A DNA stretch of 64,000 nucleotides from an uncultured Nitrososphaeraceae archaeon (GCA_963729045.1 CAVSMN010000010.1:64001-128000); one strand, 5' to 3'; positions 1 to 10,949 are shown, counted from the first letter of the stretch. Notes: generated by a model from the letters alone, not told the origin. Made by a program: numbers and translations.

Positions 1-367
1 ACCGTTCGCACCACCACTTATCGATCGTATTATCCTTTTTTGGCCAATAGTTGATTAACAGATGAAAGGATCGATACAATTTCGATCGTCATTTAGTATC
101 AGCAACTGTTTTTTGACTTTCCGTTGGATCTATAGCGGTCACTGCCAGTATATTATTACTATTAATAACATACCAATAATTCCTGAATGCGGTTAGGTCA
201 CAAAACTACCTTTCTGATGTTCTGAAAACCATTGATAACGTCTAGTAATGATGCCATAATTTACCAACATAGCAATTTAAGCTAATTGATATAATCATCT
301 GGGCAACAAATATGATATCAAATAATGGGATAAAATAATATTATATTGTGCTATTAATAAAACAAAG

Positions 368-1528
368 ATGCATCTTACGCGAGATGAGGAGAAAGGATTG
401 TCCGGAGAATACGGCGAGGCTACTTCGGCTGCTTACAGGATATTAGTAGCAATAGGAGAAGCAACAGATGCAGAAAAGCTTGTACCCATCAAATGGGCAC
501 ATGTTTCAGGAGTTAACTACAATACTATCGGAGATAGTGGATTAGAATTTTTAAGAGAGATTAGCAAAGATGGAAAAGTAAGGGTAAATACATCACTTAA
601 CCCGATGGGCTTTGATAGAGAAAACCTACCAGAATTATCGCCTGAATTTATCGAAAAACAGTTTGAAATAGCAAGGGCGTATGAAAAGATCGGAGTCATA
701 CCAACCTTTTCATGTATTCCATACGAAATTTTACCTATACCACAAGAAGGTGCCCAAGTGAGCTTTGCTGAAAGCAGTGCGGCTGTATTGGCTAATTCAC
801 ACCTGAATATTATTACAAATAAAGAAAGCGCTTTAAGTGCATTAGCCAGCGCATTAACCGGAAAATCCCCTTATTCGGATTTGAGGATTGATAAAAACAG
901 ATCACCAATGGTTGAAATAGTTAACGAGACGGATTTAGAAAATGAACTTGATTATGGACTATTGGGATATTTTACAGGAAAGACAATTCAAAAGAGTTGT
1001 ACCGGCATTTGCAATATCTCCGAAAATACCGATATGTGGAGTTTGAAGTCACTCGCCGCGGGAATAGGAACCTCTGGTTCCTGCGGAATGTTTCAATCCA
1101 AAAAACCATCTAAATTCATCGAAAAAGTAAATTATGGAAAAAGAGAAATGAATGAGACTAGAGACGAATTGAATACCTCAGAGGATGGTCAATTAATCAC
1201 TTTTGGGAGTCCTCAGCTTGGCATTGAAGAGATGAGTAAAATTCAAACATTAGTTGATGGAAAGAAATTCACTAAACCCTGTAAGATCTTTTGTCCAAAA
1301 TCAGTATTTTGCAAGGCCAAACAATATGGAATTATCGACTCATTACAGAAATCAGGAGTAGAATTTATTTCTGATGCGTGTACCTGCTTAACACCTCTCA
1401 TAAATAAGAAAAATTACGATAGTATAATTACTAACAGCGTCAAGGCATCATATTATATGAAAACATCAAATAAGGTTTCAGTAGCTTTAAAGAGCCTTAA
1501 ATCAATAATCAAAGAATATACGGTATAA
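368..1528 (+). CDS. acnX1: Aconitase X catalytic (large) subunit, probable phosphomevalonate dehydratase large subunit
   Basis: 386 aa; N-terminal MHLTRDEEKGLSGEYG, AHVSGVNY, TFSCIPY, ESSA, GSPQL and DACTCLTP motifs typical of AcnX/DUF521. Confidence 0.9.
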   Translation: MHLTRDEEKGLSGEYGEATSAAYRILVAIGEATDAEKLVPIKWAHVSGVNYNTIGDSGLEFLREISKDGKVRVNTSLNPMGFDRENLPELSPEFIEKQFEIARAYEKIGVIPTFSCIPYEILPIPQEGAQVSFAESSAAVLANSHLNIITNKESALSALASALTGKSPYSDLRIDKNRSPMVEIVNETDLENELDYGLLGYFTGKTIQKSCTGICNISENTDMWSLKSLAAGIGTSGSCGMFQSKKPSKFIEKVNYGKREMNETRDELNTSEDGQLITFGSPQLGIEEMSKIQTLVDGKKFTKPCKIFCPKSVFCKAKQYGIIDSLQKSGVEFISDACTCLTPLINKKNYDSIITNSVKASYYMKTSNKVSVALKSLKSIIKEYTV

Positions 1529-1560
1529 GCTAGCTTGGAATCACTTTTAAAGCAATAGAG

Positions 1561-1999
1561 TTGAGGTTTGATCTGGAAATAATATGTAAAAAGATAGTTC
1601 GAGGTAGAGCTAAAGGCAAATTATTGTTGTCAAAAAAACCCATAAATTTTCTTGGAATGGTTAATACCCAATCAGGAGAAATAACAAGTACTAGTAACGG
1701 TTTTGAAAGACAAAATTTAAAGGGAAAAATCCTCGTTTTTCCTAATTCAATTGGTAGTAGCGTAGGAGCATATACAATTTATTCTCTAAAGAGCAACAAT
1801 GTAGCACCTAATGGCATAATTTGTACTAACAATGTAGATATAACTACTGCTTCAGGTTGTGCGATTTCAAATATACCATTAGCTTTTATCGACAACCAGA
1901 GGCTATAATGATTTAGTCAATTGTATAAAAATTTTAGGTAAAAACAAGGAAATGGAAATCACACTAGATACAGAAGAAGGGAAGATTATTATCGATTAG
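1561..1999 (+). CDS. acnX2: Aconitase X swivel (small) subunit, DUF126; frameshift near 1900
   Basis: GKILVFPNSIGSSVGAYTIYSLK motif; after ~1900 another frame continues YNDLVNCIKILGKNKEMEITLDTEEGKIIID* to 1999; adjacent to acnX1. Confidence 0.85.
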
Positions 2000-2329
2000 A
2001 GAAAATCTATATAATCTATACTTTTCAACTAATGTGTCTCGGCATATGGCTTTCGATGGGCGAACGGACCATTTTAGAATGGAATGAAGATAAAAGTCCA
2101 TATGCCGAGACGAGAGGTAAATACTTTTTAGTCTGGAAAATTAATTCGACATCGTATATCTATAATGATGAATACGGGTTTGGTTTGATCTGGCAGGTCA
2201 AAGCATATAATTCAAACTGCGTAGTGTCTCTTTCATAATTACTATTTAGTCAAGAATATTCACGTTATCATAATGCAGATTGATTGATAATCCAAAACAC
2301 TTTAGTATAAATCTTTACAAGTTATAATA

Positions 2330-2539
2330 TTGGTCAAATTTTGTCCTGAATGTGGAGGTAGCTTGAATTTTGATACAATTACAAAGAACTTTATTTGTAG
2401 GGGTTGTGGCCTTTATGCTCCTAGAGAGAAATTCGAAGAATTGCATGAGAAAATAAATACGGTAGATCGGAAGAATAAAAGCGACGACTATCTAGACTGG
2501 TGGCAATCTTCTAAAAAAGATAAGAAGAACGATCACTAG
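2330..2539 (+). CDS. Small Zn-ribbon protein
   Basis: CPECGG...CRGCG; C-terminal DDYLDWW. Confidence 0.7.
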   Translation: MVKFCPECGGSLNFDTITKNFICRGCGLYAPREKFEELHEKINTVDRKNKSDDYLDWWQSSKKDKKNDH

Positions 2540-3483
2540 TTCATTAGTTTTTTTTTATTCATATCCAACATTAATACCGTTTTGCAGACGGAACAAATTT
2601 CGTCGGTTGAAATCCCACCACAATTTAGACAAGCATTTTTGGTTTGTTTATCATTATCAGAATTTTTTATTATTTTAGATAGTTTATTCATGGAGTTGAA
2701 ACAATTGTATTTTATGCCCGGGTGGATTTTTTCTAAATCATTGAAAAATACTCGAAAGTCGCTACGGATGCTTTCGTTCATATAAGGACATTCATCTGCC
2801 TGAAATTCAATACCCATGTGGAAGGCGTAAAATACTATTTCATTTTCATATAACTCTACGAGTGGCTTAATTTTCTTTAATCCATTTTGATATGTTATGG
2901 GTTGAGGATACATCCAACCGATTCTCCCAACATCACCCGAAAACAAATTTATCATAAATGTTTGAAGGTGATCATCTAAATTATGCGCAGTTGCAAGAAT
3001 GTCTGATTGCATTGAAAGTGCTGCAACATCTAATGCCCTTCTCCTAAATGTTCCACAAATGGAACAGGAGCTAACCTTTTTTGATGGCCTTTTTACAATC
3101 GCTTCATCCATACTTGAACCAAACAATTCTTTATAACTGAAAATCTTAAAAGGCACTTCTAATTTATTGCAAAAATCTTTCACTATGGTGAGAGATTCAT
3201 CACGGTAGCCCTCAATCCCCTCGTCGATTGTGATTGCGACTATATCATTATTGTTATTTTTTGAAATTTTTTTTAAGATGTAAAGAAGAACAAGGCTGTC
3301 TTTTCCGCCGGATACTCCTACAGCGACCCGTTGACCATAATTAATCATGGAATACCTTGAAATGGTGTGTAAAGTTTTCTTTTCAATTGAATGTATGAAA
3401 CAAGATTTACAAAGAACTTCACCAGAGTACAGCCGGTTAAACACCACTGGTCTTTTGTTACATTTATTGCATGTAGGCAGCAA
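2536..3483 (-). CDS. ttuA: tRNA 2-thiolation protein, TtuA/NcsA/Ctu1 family
   Basis: PP-loop SGGKDS, CSICGTFRR, TAHNLDD, ECPY, terminal Zn-finger CxxC pairs. Confidence 0.92.
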   Translation of the reverse strand: MLPTCNKCNKRPVVFNRLYSGEVLCKSCFIHSIEKKTLHTISRYSMINYGQRVAVGVSGGKDSLVLLYILKKISKNNNNDIVAITIDEGIEGYRDESLTIVKDFCNKLEVPFKIFSYKELFGSSMDEAIVKRPSKKVSSCSICGTFRRRALDVAALSMQSDILATAHNLDDHLQTFMINLFSGDVGRIGWMYPQPITYQNGLKKIKPLVELYENEIVFYAFHMGIEFQADECPYMNESIRSDFRVFFNDLEKIHPGIKYNCFNSMNKLSKIIKNSDNDKQTKNACLNCGGISTDEICSVCKTVLMLDMNKKKLMN

Positions 3484-4131
3484 AGCGCTAAGTACAGCAT
3501 ACTAACAAACAAGTTAAAAGTGTTAAAGTCAAAACAATAATCATTCGTTTTCAAATATGCGTAAATTTAGTTTTTTGTGTTTACATTAACTTGGTAATGA
3601 TGTTTGTCCATAATCCCTTTATGATCCACCAAAAAAAATCATTGATGGTCAACGTAGCATCTCAAGTTTTGTGGTGAAAATCTTAAAGTGAATGTTTAAT
3701 GGTCACACTTTATTTATCAATTAATCCTTGCCATGATCTTGGATCAGCGGATTATTAGTCCCTACGAAGGTGCAAAGACTTGATCTCACTCGAATGTGTG
3801 ATTGTTCTTGAAAACATTTGGATCTTCCAATAAGTTGTAAAAACCCATCGTTTGAACCTTTGAATTAGGCTATTGCGTAAAGCCAAGATTCAAAGGAATA
3901 TTATGAAAATAACATGAATCCCTGCGTGACGAGTACCAAAATTATAGCGCATAGTTTTGATAATCTTCAGATAAAAAATGCTAATAATTTTGGCTCAATC
4001 CGTTGAACAAATACAATATGTAAAAAACATCATACTGAAAGCCTAAGAACGTGTAATAAATCTTATTTAATATTGCAAAAATCAACTGAAAAAAAAATAA
4101 GAACTAAACCGGTAGGTTGTAAAAAAAAGGT

Positions 4132-4641
4132 TTATTTACTTTGATAAAAAGACCTAATAAACGCGTTCCAGGCATTAAAGGCGTTTGTGATATATTCGGT
4201 ATATGCATCTAATGTTTTATTATATAGCTTTACATTTTCACGAGTAGTATCGATTGCATCAAAATTAAATTGATTATTGGCGGTGATTGCTTTTACAAAG
4301 TTATCTACATTTTCATTGGTCTTGTTGAAGAGCTGTTGATATGTTTCATTAGGCTGTGATTGAGACACGTTTACATATTCCCTTATCAATTCTTTTTGAT
4401 GGGTAATTGTCTTATTGATAGCATCCTTTGAAGATTGAATCACTTCAAGTTGAAAATCAGAAACAGATTGTAGAAATCGAGGTTGAATTTTAACATATTC
4501 ATCGAATGATTTTATCATATTATCTTTCATAGTATCAAGTGTTTTTTCTGCCGATTGTTCTGTGAGGTTGATATAAGAATTTACTTTTTTGTCCATGTTG
4601 GTAGAGACATTTGTATTTGTTGTATTAACTTCTTTACTCAT
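4132..4641 (-). CDS. Helical hypothetical protein, possibly phasin-like
   Basis: 169 aa amphipathic helical protein, Gln/Asn/Thr-rich, no Cys or Gly; TATA box 23 nt upstream. Confidence 0.6.
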   Translation of the reverse strand: MSKEVNTTNTNVSTNMDKKVNSYINLTEQSAEKTLDTMKDNMIKSFDEYVKIQPRFLQSVSDFQLEVIQSSKDAINKTITHQKELIREYVNVSQSQPNETYQQLFNKTNENVDNFVKAITANNQFNFDAIDTTRENVKLYNKTLDAYTEYITNAFNAWNAFIRSFYQSK

Positions 4642-4663
4642 AAGTTATAGATAAACAATCTGA

Positions 4664-4678
4664 CTTATAAACTTTACC
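4664..4678 (-). promoter_or_regulatory. BRE-TATA promoter of a leaderless transcript
   Basis: Minus strand GGTAAAG-TTTATAAG, 23 nt upstream of the ATG at 4641. Confidence 0.6.
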
Positions 4679-4731
4679 AAAATTACCCATTTAATTCCAA
4701 CAAAAACCGCTAAATGGTCAAAACAAAAAAA

Positions 4732-5157
4732 TTAGGCTTTGGTTCCGCAGTTTCCACAGAACTTTTGTCCGTCACCTATTTGTGTACCACAGTTTGTGCA
4801 GAATTTGCCACTGGTAGTAGTACTACCATCAGCTGCTATAGCCAACTTCTTCTTTTTACCACTAACTCCACTTGCAGCAAAGAATGCAGCACTAACTCCA
4901 CCAATAATTACAGTTATTAGAATTATCATCAATACTGTGCTATCCAAATTAGTTCCAAACATTGCAGTACCAGAACCATATGCACCTTGTTGTTGAGCAT
5001 TACTAATTTTCTCTTTAGCCAAGGTAAGTTGTTCTTCCAAAGTTGCAGAACCAGGTTGACCGCTATATTGAGCATATGCAATATTTAATACTGGTAATAA
5101 TAGTATTGAACCCATTACCAATGAAAAAGCCGCTACCATTGAGTATGCCTTGTTCAT
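4732..5157 (-). CDS. Membrane protein with signal peptide, TM helix and C-terminal zinc ribbon
   Basis: N-terminal hydrophobic segment ending AYA-Q; TM VLMIILITVIIGGVSAAFFA; FCTNCG...FCGNCG. Confidence 0.8.
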   Translation of the reverse strand: MNKAYSMVAAFSLVMGSILLLPVLNIAYAQYSGQPGSATLEEQLTLAKEKISNAQQQGAYGSGTAMFGTNLDSTVLMIILITVIIGGVSAAFFAASGVSGKKKKLAIAADGSTTTSGKFCTNCGTQIGDGQKFCGNCGTKA

Positions 5158-5253
5158 ATTAAAAATTACTCAGATAGGAATTATATAACTTTTATGTTAA
5201 AGAATAATGATAACATTTAAGATATGTAAATTTTCATATTAAGACAGAGAAAA

Positions 5254-5700
5254 ATGGCGCGAACTCATGCCCACACACATGGAAAATCACATTCTATTAG
5301 ACCAACTTCTAAAAATGCACCCTCTTGGGCCATCGATAGTCAAGAGATTATAAAAAAAATTGTGGAGTTTGGAAAGGATGGAATGTCCGCTAGTGAGATA
5401 GGTTTAAGATTAAGAGATGAATTTGCAGTCCCGTTAGTTAAACCAATTATTGGAAAAACCATTACTCAAATTATGCAGGAAAATGATATCCAGAGATCAA
5501 TGCCTGAAGATCTAGAAAGGCTCCTTCGCAAGGCCTTGGGATTACAAAAACACTTGAATGTCCACAACAGTGATAAGAGAAATGTCAGGTCGTTGGAGTT
5601 GATAGAATCTAAAATACATAGGCTATCCAGATATTATAAAAAAACAGGTAAAGTAACTAAATCTTGGAAATACGCAGCAGTAATCGCTAAACTAGAGTAG
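5254..5700 (+). CDS. rps15: 30S ribosomal protein S15 (uS15, archaeal type)
   Basis: MARTHAHTHGKSHSIRP, MPEDL, LELIESKIHRLSRYYK. Confidence 0.97.
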   Translation: MARTHAHTHGKSHSIRPTSKNAPSWAIDSQEIIKKIVEFGKDGMSASEIGLRLRDEFAVPLVKPIIGKTITQIMQENDIQRSMPEDLERLLRKALGLQKHLNVHNSDKRNVRSLELIESKIHRLSRYYKKTGKVTKSWKYAAVIAKLE

Positions 5701-5703
5701 AGA

Positions 5704-7227
5704 ATGCGATATACTGATCGTGATCATATATTAAATACAGCAAGTCAAAAATTATTAAATCAAATAGAACACCAAAAAGATATTTTTATTCTTTCTAATT
5801 CAACCGTAGATGGCTTAGTGGGTAGCGCCATCTTACTAAGTTCTATTCATAACTCAAAAGGAAATACGACAGTTAGATGCATTAATTCATCAAAAGTTGA
5901 AGACTTTAAAATAGAATTGATGAAGGTGGCTGACGAGAAGCACGATTTTTATGTTTTTGTAGATTTTGATTCAAACTTCTTTGATCTTATAACCAGCCTC
6001 ATCCAAGAAAGCTATTATTTGTTTGTTAATTCAGATTCACGCAATTTAGATCAAATCATAGAAAAAGATAAAGCCGTAACCTTTGTTAATCCGTGGATAT
6101 GGCAAAGGGATAGTGACAAAGAAAATAAACATACTTCGTCCAGTTTGACATATTTAATAGCCAAAAACTTTGATAGAAAGATAATTCATAGTTCTTTCTT
6201 ACCTATCGTTGCTGCATTTTCAAAGAACATTGATTTTAACAATATTGATCAGACGGAACTCAAAGAAATTTTACAATCTGCACTGGACCTCAACTTAATC
6301 GAGAGAAAAAAGGGACTAAACTTTGGAGTAAGTGAAACTACACCAATTGTAGACGCCATAGAAAATAATACAACCCATTTCATCAAAGGAGTTACATGGG
6401 ATAAAGAAAATTCAATTAAAATAATAGAGAAATCAGGGATCAAAATTACTGATAATCAAAGAATTAGAACATGGAATGAACTTGAGGATGAAGACTTCAA
6501 TAAGATATTCAATGCCATTGAAAAGTACATAGAAGAAAATTGCTATCATAAAAACAAAAGCGATGACAATATCAAAGAGATGAAAAAAAGAAATCGAGAT
6601 TTATTGTTTGGGTATAACTACATCTTGACGAATGAAGAAGCAGGTAGTATCTTAAAAAATATTGGGTCATTTTCTAAATCTCTAGACTTGTGTGTAAGAA
6701 ATCAAACTTTTGGACTCGGGTTATCAATTTGCCTCGGTGAAAGAGATGACGCAATGATGCAAGTAAAGAACCAAATTATAGATCATGATAATCTCATAAA
6801 AAGTGTAAGCAACAAGATTTTTGATGAAAAATGGAGATTCTATGATGACAAGGAAACCATTTACGTTAACGGGGAGGGAATACTAGATGAAAAAAATATT
6901 GATCTTTTCACTTCAATTCTCGAAAAATCTGTTTCATTTGCAGACAGATTGATTTGTATTAGAATCCTGTCAACAGAGAGTGATGACGAATACAAGTATA
7001 CTCTGATAAAACCAAAGTTAGCAAAGGTAGACTTTGTTAAAATGAAGAAAATGATTTATGAGCTTGCCGAAATCCATGACGATTTGAATAGTAATAATAC
7101 TAGACCCAGTCCAACAAGTGTTATAGTAGATATTGCTGACAAGATAGAGATCAGAGTTCCCATAATTAATTTAGAAGTCTTTTTATCGAATATCAAAAAA
7201 ATAGTTTTGGATGCAAAAAGATCCTGA
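5704..7227 (+). CDS. RecJ-like DHH-family protein with degenerate catalytic motifs
   Basis: Conserved position between rps15 and pcc1; STVDGLVGSAIL is a DxDG remnant; FVNPW; GLGLSICLGER; no DHH triad. Confidence 0.7.
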   Translation: MRYTDRDHILNTASQKLLNQIEHQKDIFILSNSTVDGLVGSAILLSSIHNSKGNTTVRCINSSKVEDFKIELMKVADEKHDFYVFVDFDSNFFDLITSLIQESYYLFVNSDSRNLDQIIEKDKAVTFVNPWIWQRDSDKENKHTSSSLTYLIAKNFDRKIIHSSFLPIVAAFSKNIDFNNIDQTELKEILQSALDLNLIERKKGLNFGVSETTPIVDAIENNTTHFIKGVTWDKENSIKIIEKSGIKITDNQRIRTWNELEDEDFNKIFNAIEKYIEENCYHKNKSDDNIKEMKKRNRDLLFGYNYILTNEEAGSILKNIGSFSKSLDLCVRNQTFGLGLSICLGERDDAMMQVKNQIIDHDNLIKSVSNKIFDEKWRFYDDKETIYVNGEGILDEKNIDLFTSILEKSVSFADRLICIRILSTESDDEYKYTLIKPKLAKVDFVKMKKMIYELAEIHDDLNSNNTRPSPTSVIVDIADKIEIRVPIINLEVFLSNIKKIVLDAKRS

Positions 7228-7489
7228 TATTTGTATTGATACAAAAATAGTGATAGAATGTAAAGAAGAAAAAGATGTACAAACCATTTTTAAAACTCTA
7301 AATCCCGATAATAAAGAATTTCCCGAGGGGCTAAAAATGGAAGTACAGACAAACAGAACACAGTTTTTGTTGAAAGTCGGATTCAGAGATAATATTGGAA
7401 GGAAAAATAATATTAATACGCTTATAAACACAATTGAAGAGATCATGGAACATATTGCTATTATCAAAGAAGTGACCAAAATTGATTGA
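7211..7489 (+). CDS. pcc1: KEOPS complex subunit Pcc1
   Basis: 92 aa; IFKTLNPDN and LINTIEEIMEHI; operon position. Confidence 0.8.
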   Translation: MQKDPDICIDTKIVIECKEEKDVQTIFKTLNPDNKEFPEGLKMEVQTNRTQFLLKVGFRDNIGRKNNINTLINTIEEIMEHIAIIKEVTKID

Positions 7490-8822
7490 TCCAAAGATCA
7501 TAAAAGAAAATCAGACAGCAGTAAAAGAAATGCTAGCTAATAGAAATATGGATTTTCCCCTGGACATACTATTCAATGCAGACAAACAAAGACGGGATTT
7601 GATAGTTGAATTACAACGCGTAAAACATCAGAAAAACATACTGTCTAAGGAGATATCAGAAAAAAAGAAGAGAAAAGAGGATGCGTCTATGAAGATCGAT
7701 GAAATGGGTGAGATCGGTACGGAAATTAGAAAATTGGAGGAGGAAAGCAAAATAAATGAAGAATTATTCTCGAAATACATCCGTAGCTTACCAAATTTCT
7801 TTCACGAAACTGTTCCATTAGGCAAAGACGAAAATGACAATAAAATAACAAGGGAGTATAATGGAAGGCTAAAGGTATTAAAAAAACCTACCGAAGGAAT
7901 TGAAAAATCAGCGAGTGAAATCATGGCCCATAATGAACTTCCAGGGATTTTGCAAATGAAAAATCATATAGACCTTGCAAATGAACTTGGCCTAATTGAT
8001 ATGGAACGGGCTGGAAAAATTTCAGGATCTCGTTTTTATTTTTTAAAAAATGAAATGGTCAAACTAAGTATGGCACTATCTAACTTTGCAATAGATTATT
8101 TGATTAAAGAAGGATATACAGTAGTGCAACCTCCTTTCATGATTAGAAGGGATGCAATGGAAGGAGCGGTCATATTAAGCGATTTTGAGGAAACCATTTA
8201 CAAAATAGAAAATGAAGACTTGTATATGATAGGCACCTCAGAACACCCCTTAGCATCAATGCACATGAATGAAATAGTGGATGGGAAAAATCTCCCCCTC
8301 CGATATGGTGGGATTAGTACTTGCTTTAGGAAGGAGGCTGGTGCACACGGTAAAGATATGAAAGGACTTTTTAGGGTACATCAGTTTGAAAAAGTAGAGC
8401 AATTCGTCTTTTGCAAACCCGAAGACTCTTGGAAGGAACACGAAAGACTCTTGCAAATTACTGAAAAATTTTATGAAATTCTAGAGATTCCATTTAGGAC
8501 AATAATTTTGTGCTCTGGAGATCTTGGAAAGGTGTCTGCGAAGACTTACGACATTGAAGCATGGTTTCCTGCTCAAAATTCTTATAGAGAGATATGTTCA
8601 TGTTCAAATTGCACCGATTATCAAGCAAGAAGTTTAAGGATAAGGTATAGAAACAATCCTAACGATGAAACATCCTTAGTTCATACATTGAATAGTACCC
8701 TTGTAGCGATTCAGAGAACCCTGGTCGCTATACTAGAAAATTATCAGACTAGTAAGGGGACAATTATGGTTCCGGAGGCTTTGAAAAAGTACATGGATGA
8801 TATAGCGGAAATAGGCAAATAA
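7482..8822 (+). CDS. serS: Seryl-tRNA synthetase
   Basis: N-terminal coiled coil, GTSEHPL, FRKEAGAHGKD, RVHQFEKVE, EICSCSNCTDYQAR, HTLNST. Confidence 0.97.
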   Translation: MIDPKIIKENQTAVKEMLANRNMDFPLDILFNADKQRRDLIVELQRVKHQKNILSKEISEKKKRKEDASMKIDEMGEIGTEIRKLEEESKINEELFSKYIRSLPNFFHETVPLGKDENDNKITREYNGRLKVLKKPTEGIEKSASEIMAHNELPGILQMKNHIDLANELGLIDMERAGKISGSRFYFLKNEMVKLSMALSNFAIDYLIKEGYTVVQPPFMIRRDAMEGAVILSDFEETIYKIENEDLYMIGTSEHPLASMHMNEIVDGKNLPLRYGGISTCFRKEAGAHGKDMKGLFRVHQFEKVEQFVFCKPEDSWKEHERLLQITEKFYEILEIPFRTIILCSGDLGKVSAKTYDIEAWFPAQNSYREICSCSNCTDYQARSLRIRYRNNPNDETSLVHTLNSTLVAIQRTLVAILENYQTSKGTIMVPEALKKYMDDIAEIGK

Positions 8823-8992
8823 GGTAAAAATATTACATATCCATGTTCTATAAAAATTCATCCATGCTTATCAAGATGTTCAATTAACTTGGTTTTCATA
8901 TAAACGGAGAAAAATTAATCGCTAATGAGATATTGTTTTGCAAAATATAGCAACCAAAATGTATATATCTTAGTTGTCAGGCTCATATTATA

Positions 8993-9268
8993 ATGAGCTT
9001 GTTAAACGTACTGTCTCAAACAAGTAGTATGTTCCAAAACTTTGGCTTACAAATCGGGCCTCAATATGATCCATTGTTCTATGATGTAATGATATACATA
9101 TTTGGAACCATGTTATTTGGAGTATTCTTGCTGAGTGTAATTGCATTTTGGTTGAGAAGGAAAGGTCTTGGGGGTGCATCTGCTAAAGAGAAATGGACTC
9201 AAGAATTAGAGAAATACTTCCAAAAAGAACAGATAGGACTAATACCTGACGAGACACACCACTGGTAA
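8993..9268 (+). CDS. Small single-TM membrane protein
   Basis: TM IYIFGTMLFGVFLLSVIAFWL followed by RRK; TATA-like TATATATC upstream. Confidence 0.65.
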   Translation: MSLLNVLSQTSSMFQNFGLQIGPQYDPLFYDVMIYIFGTMLFGVFLLSVIAFWLRRKGLGGASAKEKWTQELEKYFQKEQIGLIPDETHHW

Positions 9269-9321
9269 TAAATAAAAAGGATCAGTCCTTTTTATTTATA
9301 TAATAAATTTTTAATTATTGT

Positions 9322-9984
9322 TTGTTTCTCTTGTATCAAATTATAGTGAGCCAGTGGGGTCTATCGCTTGGTGAAATTGAGACCATCAATAATCTTTTCA
9401 AAGACTATTATATTTCAGAAAATTCTATTAATCAAGATGTAGGCTATGCAAGCACTTTAGAAATCGAATTTGTAAAAAACAAAGATACAGACTTTTTCGA
9501 TTGCATAACAATCGAAAAATGGACAGATCTGGTAGGAGTTATCAAGAATATTAAGAAAAGAAGGGGAAGAAAAGGGCTGAAATTAAAAATAACCATAACA
9601 GATTATTTTGAATCTGAAGATACCATTGATGTTAATGTGCACGTCAAAAATAGTGAGGATGCAGACACCAAAAGGGAAGTTGAGCTATTATTTTTTAAGA
9701 GAACAATTTTTTTGTTAGTACATAAGATTGACTCGGAATTTATTAAAGGGCTTGAAAGAATCGAGGTAGCAATTGAAAACTTAACAGAATTATTCAAGAA
9801 AGTATCTCCAATCCTCATTTTCAGAGGATCAATATGAAAAGAATAAACATGAATACGGCAAAGCCGGAGTATTACCATAGTCTACGCAATAACTATGATA
9901 TGCACTACAGGTAATAGAGAAAGTGAGATCCAAATGCAGATCTTTTTATTTGATGACAAAAAGAGGGTTTGGAAAAATCTTTAG
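9322..9984 (+). CDS. Hypothetical protein, probably frameshifted at the 3' end
   Basis: 171-aa ORF to 9837; coding-like sequence continues in other frames to ...QIFLFDDKKRVWKNL* at 9984. Confidence 0.5.
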
Positions 9985-10071
9985 ATCGGTATTAATATAA
10001 ATAAAGAAAACATAGTAGAGCGATTGCTCAACCCATAGAATTAAAAAAGACAATCTTTAGGAAGATAAAGT

Positions 10072-10470
10072 ATGGGGAGAAAGGATGACACAAGTGGTGT
10101 CGAAAAAACTAAGAACATTTTTCTAGATTTCAAGAACAAAGAAATCAACGTTGGAGAAGAGTTGGAGTGTATAATAACAATTGATTATACTGGTAGATTC
10201 GACAGCATAAGCATAAATTCCCAAATCGAAGATTCGTCAGATGTTTTTACATACACAGAGATTAATGGTAAAAAAATTAACCATCCCTATGCGAGGCTTT
10301 CTATAATGAAAAAAGAACTTCAAAACCCTAGTAGTATAAGATTGAAAGCTATTACAAAACATGTTCCCAAAAATACTGAATCAGTTGTCAAGCTTAGAGC
10401 CACACTAATTCAAGAACATAAAGAAATAGCATCAGATATTAAATTCATAAAAATAAAAAAAATGAAATAA
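10072..10470 (+). CDS. Hypothetical beta-rich protein
   Basis: 132-aa ORF with alternating hydrophobic pattern. Confidence 0.65.
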   Translation: MGRKDDTSGVEKTKNIFLDFKNKEINVGEELECIITIDYTGRFDSISINSQIEDSSDVFTYTEINGKKINHPYARLSIMKKELQNPSSIRLKAITKHVPKNTESVVKLRATLIQEHKEIASDIKFIKIKKMK

Positions 10471-10472
10471 AT

Positions 10473-10949
10473 TTATCCGAAGCTGGGTTCAACTGATACC
10501 TGACCAGTCATCCAAGGATGCGGTTCACAGTGATACAGGTATTCACCCCGTTGGGTAAAAGTGAAGTCATATGTACCTTGAGGAGGAATTAGACCTATTG
10601 TATCTAGAGAATTGAATGGTCCATTGACAGGGTCTACATAGTTATTATCACTCGTTACTGAATGTGCAGTAACATCATCATTTGTCCAAACCACCTTATT
10701 TGAGACACCCAATGATGCTCTTATTTCTTTGGGAACAAAGAAAGTTGGATTTGCAGGTAGCGAAGAACCTTCAGCAATTGCAATATCAGTAGTTCCAGAT
10801 GGATTCAAGATTTCCTCGGATACCTCAGGTTTTGCATTTATTGTTGGTGTATAAACGAATTGATAGTATGCTAAACTAATAGTGACTATCACTACAAAGG
10901 AAATAATACTAATCCCCCCAATTTGGGACGGTTTTTTTACTTTTTCCAA
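10473..10949 (-). CDS. Membrane-anchored type-1 copper cupredoxin, probable cytochrome c1 substitute of complex III
   Basis: N-terminal TM; AHSVTS and YHCEPHPWM T1-Cu ligands; directly downstream of petB. Confidence 0.9.
   Translation of the reverse strand: MEKVKKPSQIGGISIISFVVIVTISLAYYQFVYTPTINAKPEVSEEILNPSGTTDIAIAEGSSLPANPTFFVPKEIRASLGVSNKVVWTNDDVTAHSVTSDNNYVDPVNGPFNSLDTIGLIPPQGTYDFTFTQRGEYLYHCEPHPWMTGQVSVEPSFG

Noticed and set aside
1..257. Possible minus-strand gene start running off the window edge (ATG at 257)
   Set aside because: Stops in all frames within about 35 codons and no recognisable motif
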